Made by a program: the position numbers and the translations under genes. A model generated the notes under the pieces. The model saw only the letters and a program-made list of their open reading frames with translations. It was not told the origin of the DNA and did no database searches. From the NCBI RefSeq assembly GCF_011386835.1, contig NC_088803.1:42842001-42906000 (forward strand): a stretch of DNA of 64,000 bases, read 5' to 3'. The number at the start of each line of letters is the position of its first letter. Within the stretch, counting starts at the first letter, position 1. This DNA comes from Chrysemys picta bellii (Eukaryota). Of this stretch, positions 62,708 through 64,000 are shown in pieces.

Positions 62708-63104
62708 CTCATGATACCTTGCATGTCACTATTTAATAGCCAAGCCCATACCACCTCTGTAACACAGGTGGTATTATCACCTTTTAAACAGTGGGTAAAG
62801 AGAGGCACAGTGAGGCTAAACTGGGAAAGAGGCTAGTTGATATTGAGCCAATATGGCCACTTTGTAAATATTTATTTTTAAATCTTTATACTGTATTGCA
62901 GAATTAGGACACTGTTAGAACATGTGTTAGAACACTTCCAGTGAGGAATAGAATCCTGAGTCTCCCATGCCAGATATGTCACAAACATTTTGCAGGTGTA
63001 AAATTTCAGAGCTGCTATATGGCTGAACTTATAAAAACTTTACAGTGTCTGTGACACTAAAATGTCATTGTCATTATAAATGTCATTGAAGGCTCTAACA
63101 TAAA

Positions 63105-63885
63105 ATAGAATCATAGAAATGAAGGGCTGTAAGGGACCTTGTGAAGTCAGCAAGTCCAGGCCCCTGTGCTGAGGCAAAACCAGGCGAACCTGGACCATCC
63201 CTGACAGGTGTTTGTCCAAACTGTTCTTAACAATTTCCAATGATGGGTATTCCGCAACCTACCCGGGAAGCCTATTCCAGGATTTAACTACCATTATAGT
63301 TAGAAAGATTTTCCTAATATCTAATTAAATCTCCCTTGCTACAGATTAAGCCCATTATTTCTTGCCCCACCTTTAGTGGGCATGGAGAACTACTGATCAC
63401 AGTTCTCTTTATATACAGCCATAACACATTGAAAAACTGTTATCAGGTCCCCCCCTCAGTTATCTTTTCTCAAGACTAAACATGCCCAGTTTTTTTTAAC
63501 CTTTCCTCATATCAGATTTTCCTAACCTTTGCATTTTTGTTGCTCTCCTCTGGACTCTCTTCGGTTTGTCCATATCTTTCCTAAAGTATGGTGCCCAGAA
63601 TTGGACACAGTACTTCAGTTGAGGCCTCACCAGTGCTGAGTAGCTGGGACAATTACCTCCTGTGTTTTATAGATGACACACCTGTTTATATACCTCAGAA
63701 TATTAGTCTTTTATGCAACTGCATCACATTGTTGATTCATTCAATTTGTGCTCCACTATAACCCCAGATCCTTTTCAGCAGTACTACACCCTCGCCAATT
63801 ATTCTCTATTTTGTAGTTGTGCAGTTGATTTTTCCTTTCTAACGGTAGTACTTTGCACTTGTCTTTGTTGAATTTCATCATTTCT
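63105..63885 (-). mobile_element. CR1 LINE 3' fragment
   Basis: Reverse tail aaatagaatcatagaaat; ORF remnant IVKNSLDKHLSGMV. Confidence 0.9.
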
Positions 63886-64000
63886 TCATATAATAAGCCT
63901 GTAATAGGTTGTGCTCACCACCGCGGCACCTCCTGCTGGTCGCTCCAGGAATTAGCTCTGTCCTAGCCGTGGAGCGCCCCCTGCAGGTTGTGTCCCACCC

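Overview
Vertebrate genomic DNA, almost certainly from a turtle (tortoise tRNA-derived PolIII/SINE, CR1 LINEs, turtle-type Harbinger/hAT MITEs and Penelope remnants). It has the conserved block AURKA(-) / CSTF1(+) / CASS4(+) / RTF2(+). Exons were traced by hand using GT-AG sites and reading phase: four 5' coding exons of AURKA (the gene runs off the left end), complete CSTF1 (5 coding exons, 431 aa), complete CASS4 (7 coding exons, about 857 aa) and the first three exons of RTF2. AURKA and CSTF1, which are head-to-head in human, have separate CpG-island promoters about 5 kb apart here. The interval holds a spliced minus-strand PHD-finger gene or gene relic that is absent from the ORF track. 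It keeps the H3K4me3-type Y/M/W cage residues but has apparent frameshifts. A rightward first exon from the AURKA island could splice in frame onto CSTF1. Other points of note are Penelope-derived minimal hammerhead-ribozyme motifs, a 98-bp near-perfect palindrome, a near-identical ~590-bp tandem duplication and a TE-riddled minisatellite in front of RTF2. Gene names rest on my recall of the human proteins; no database search was run.
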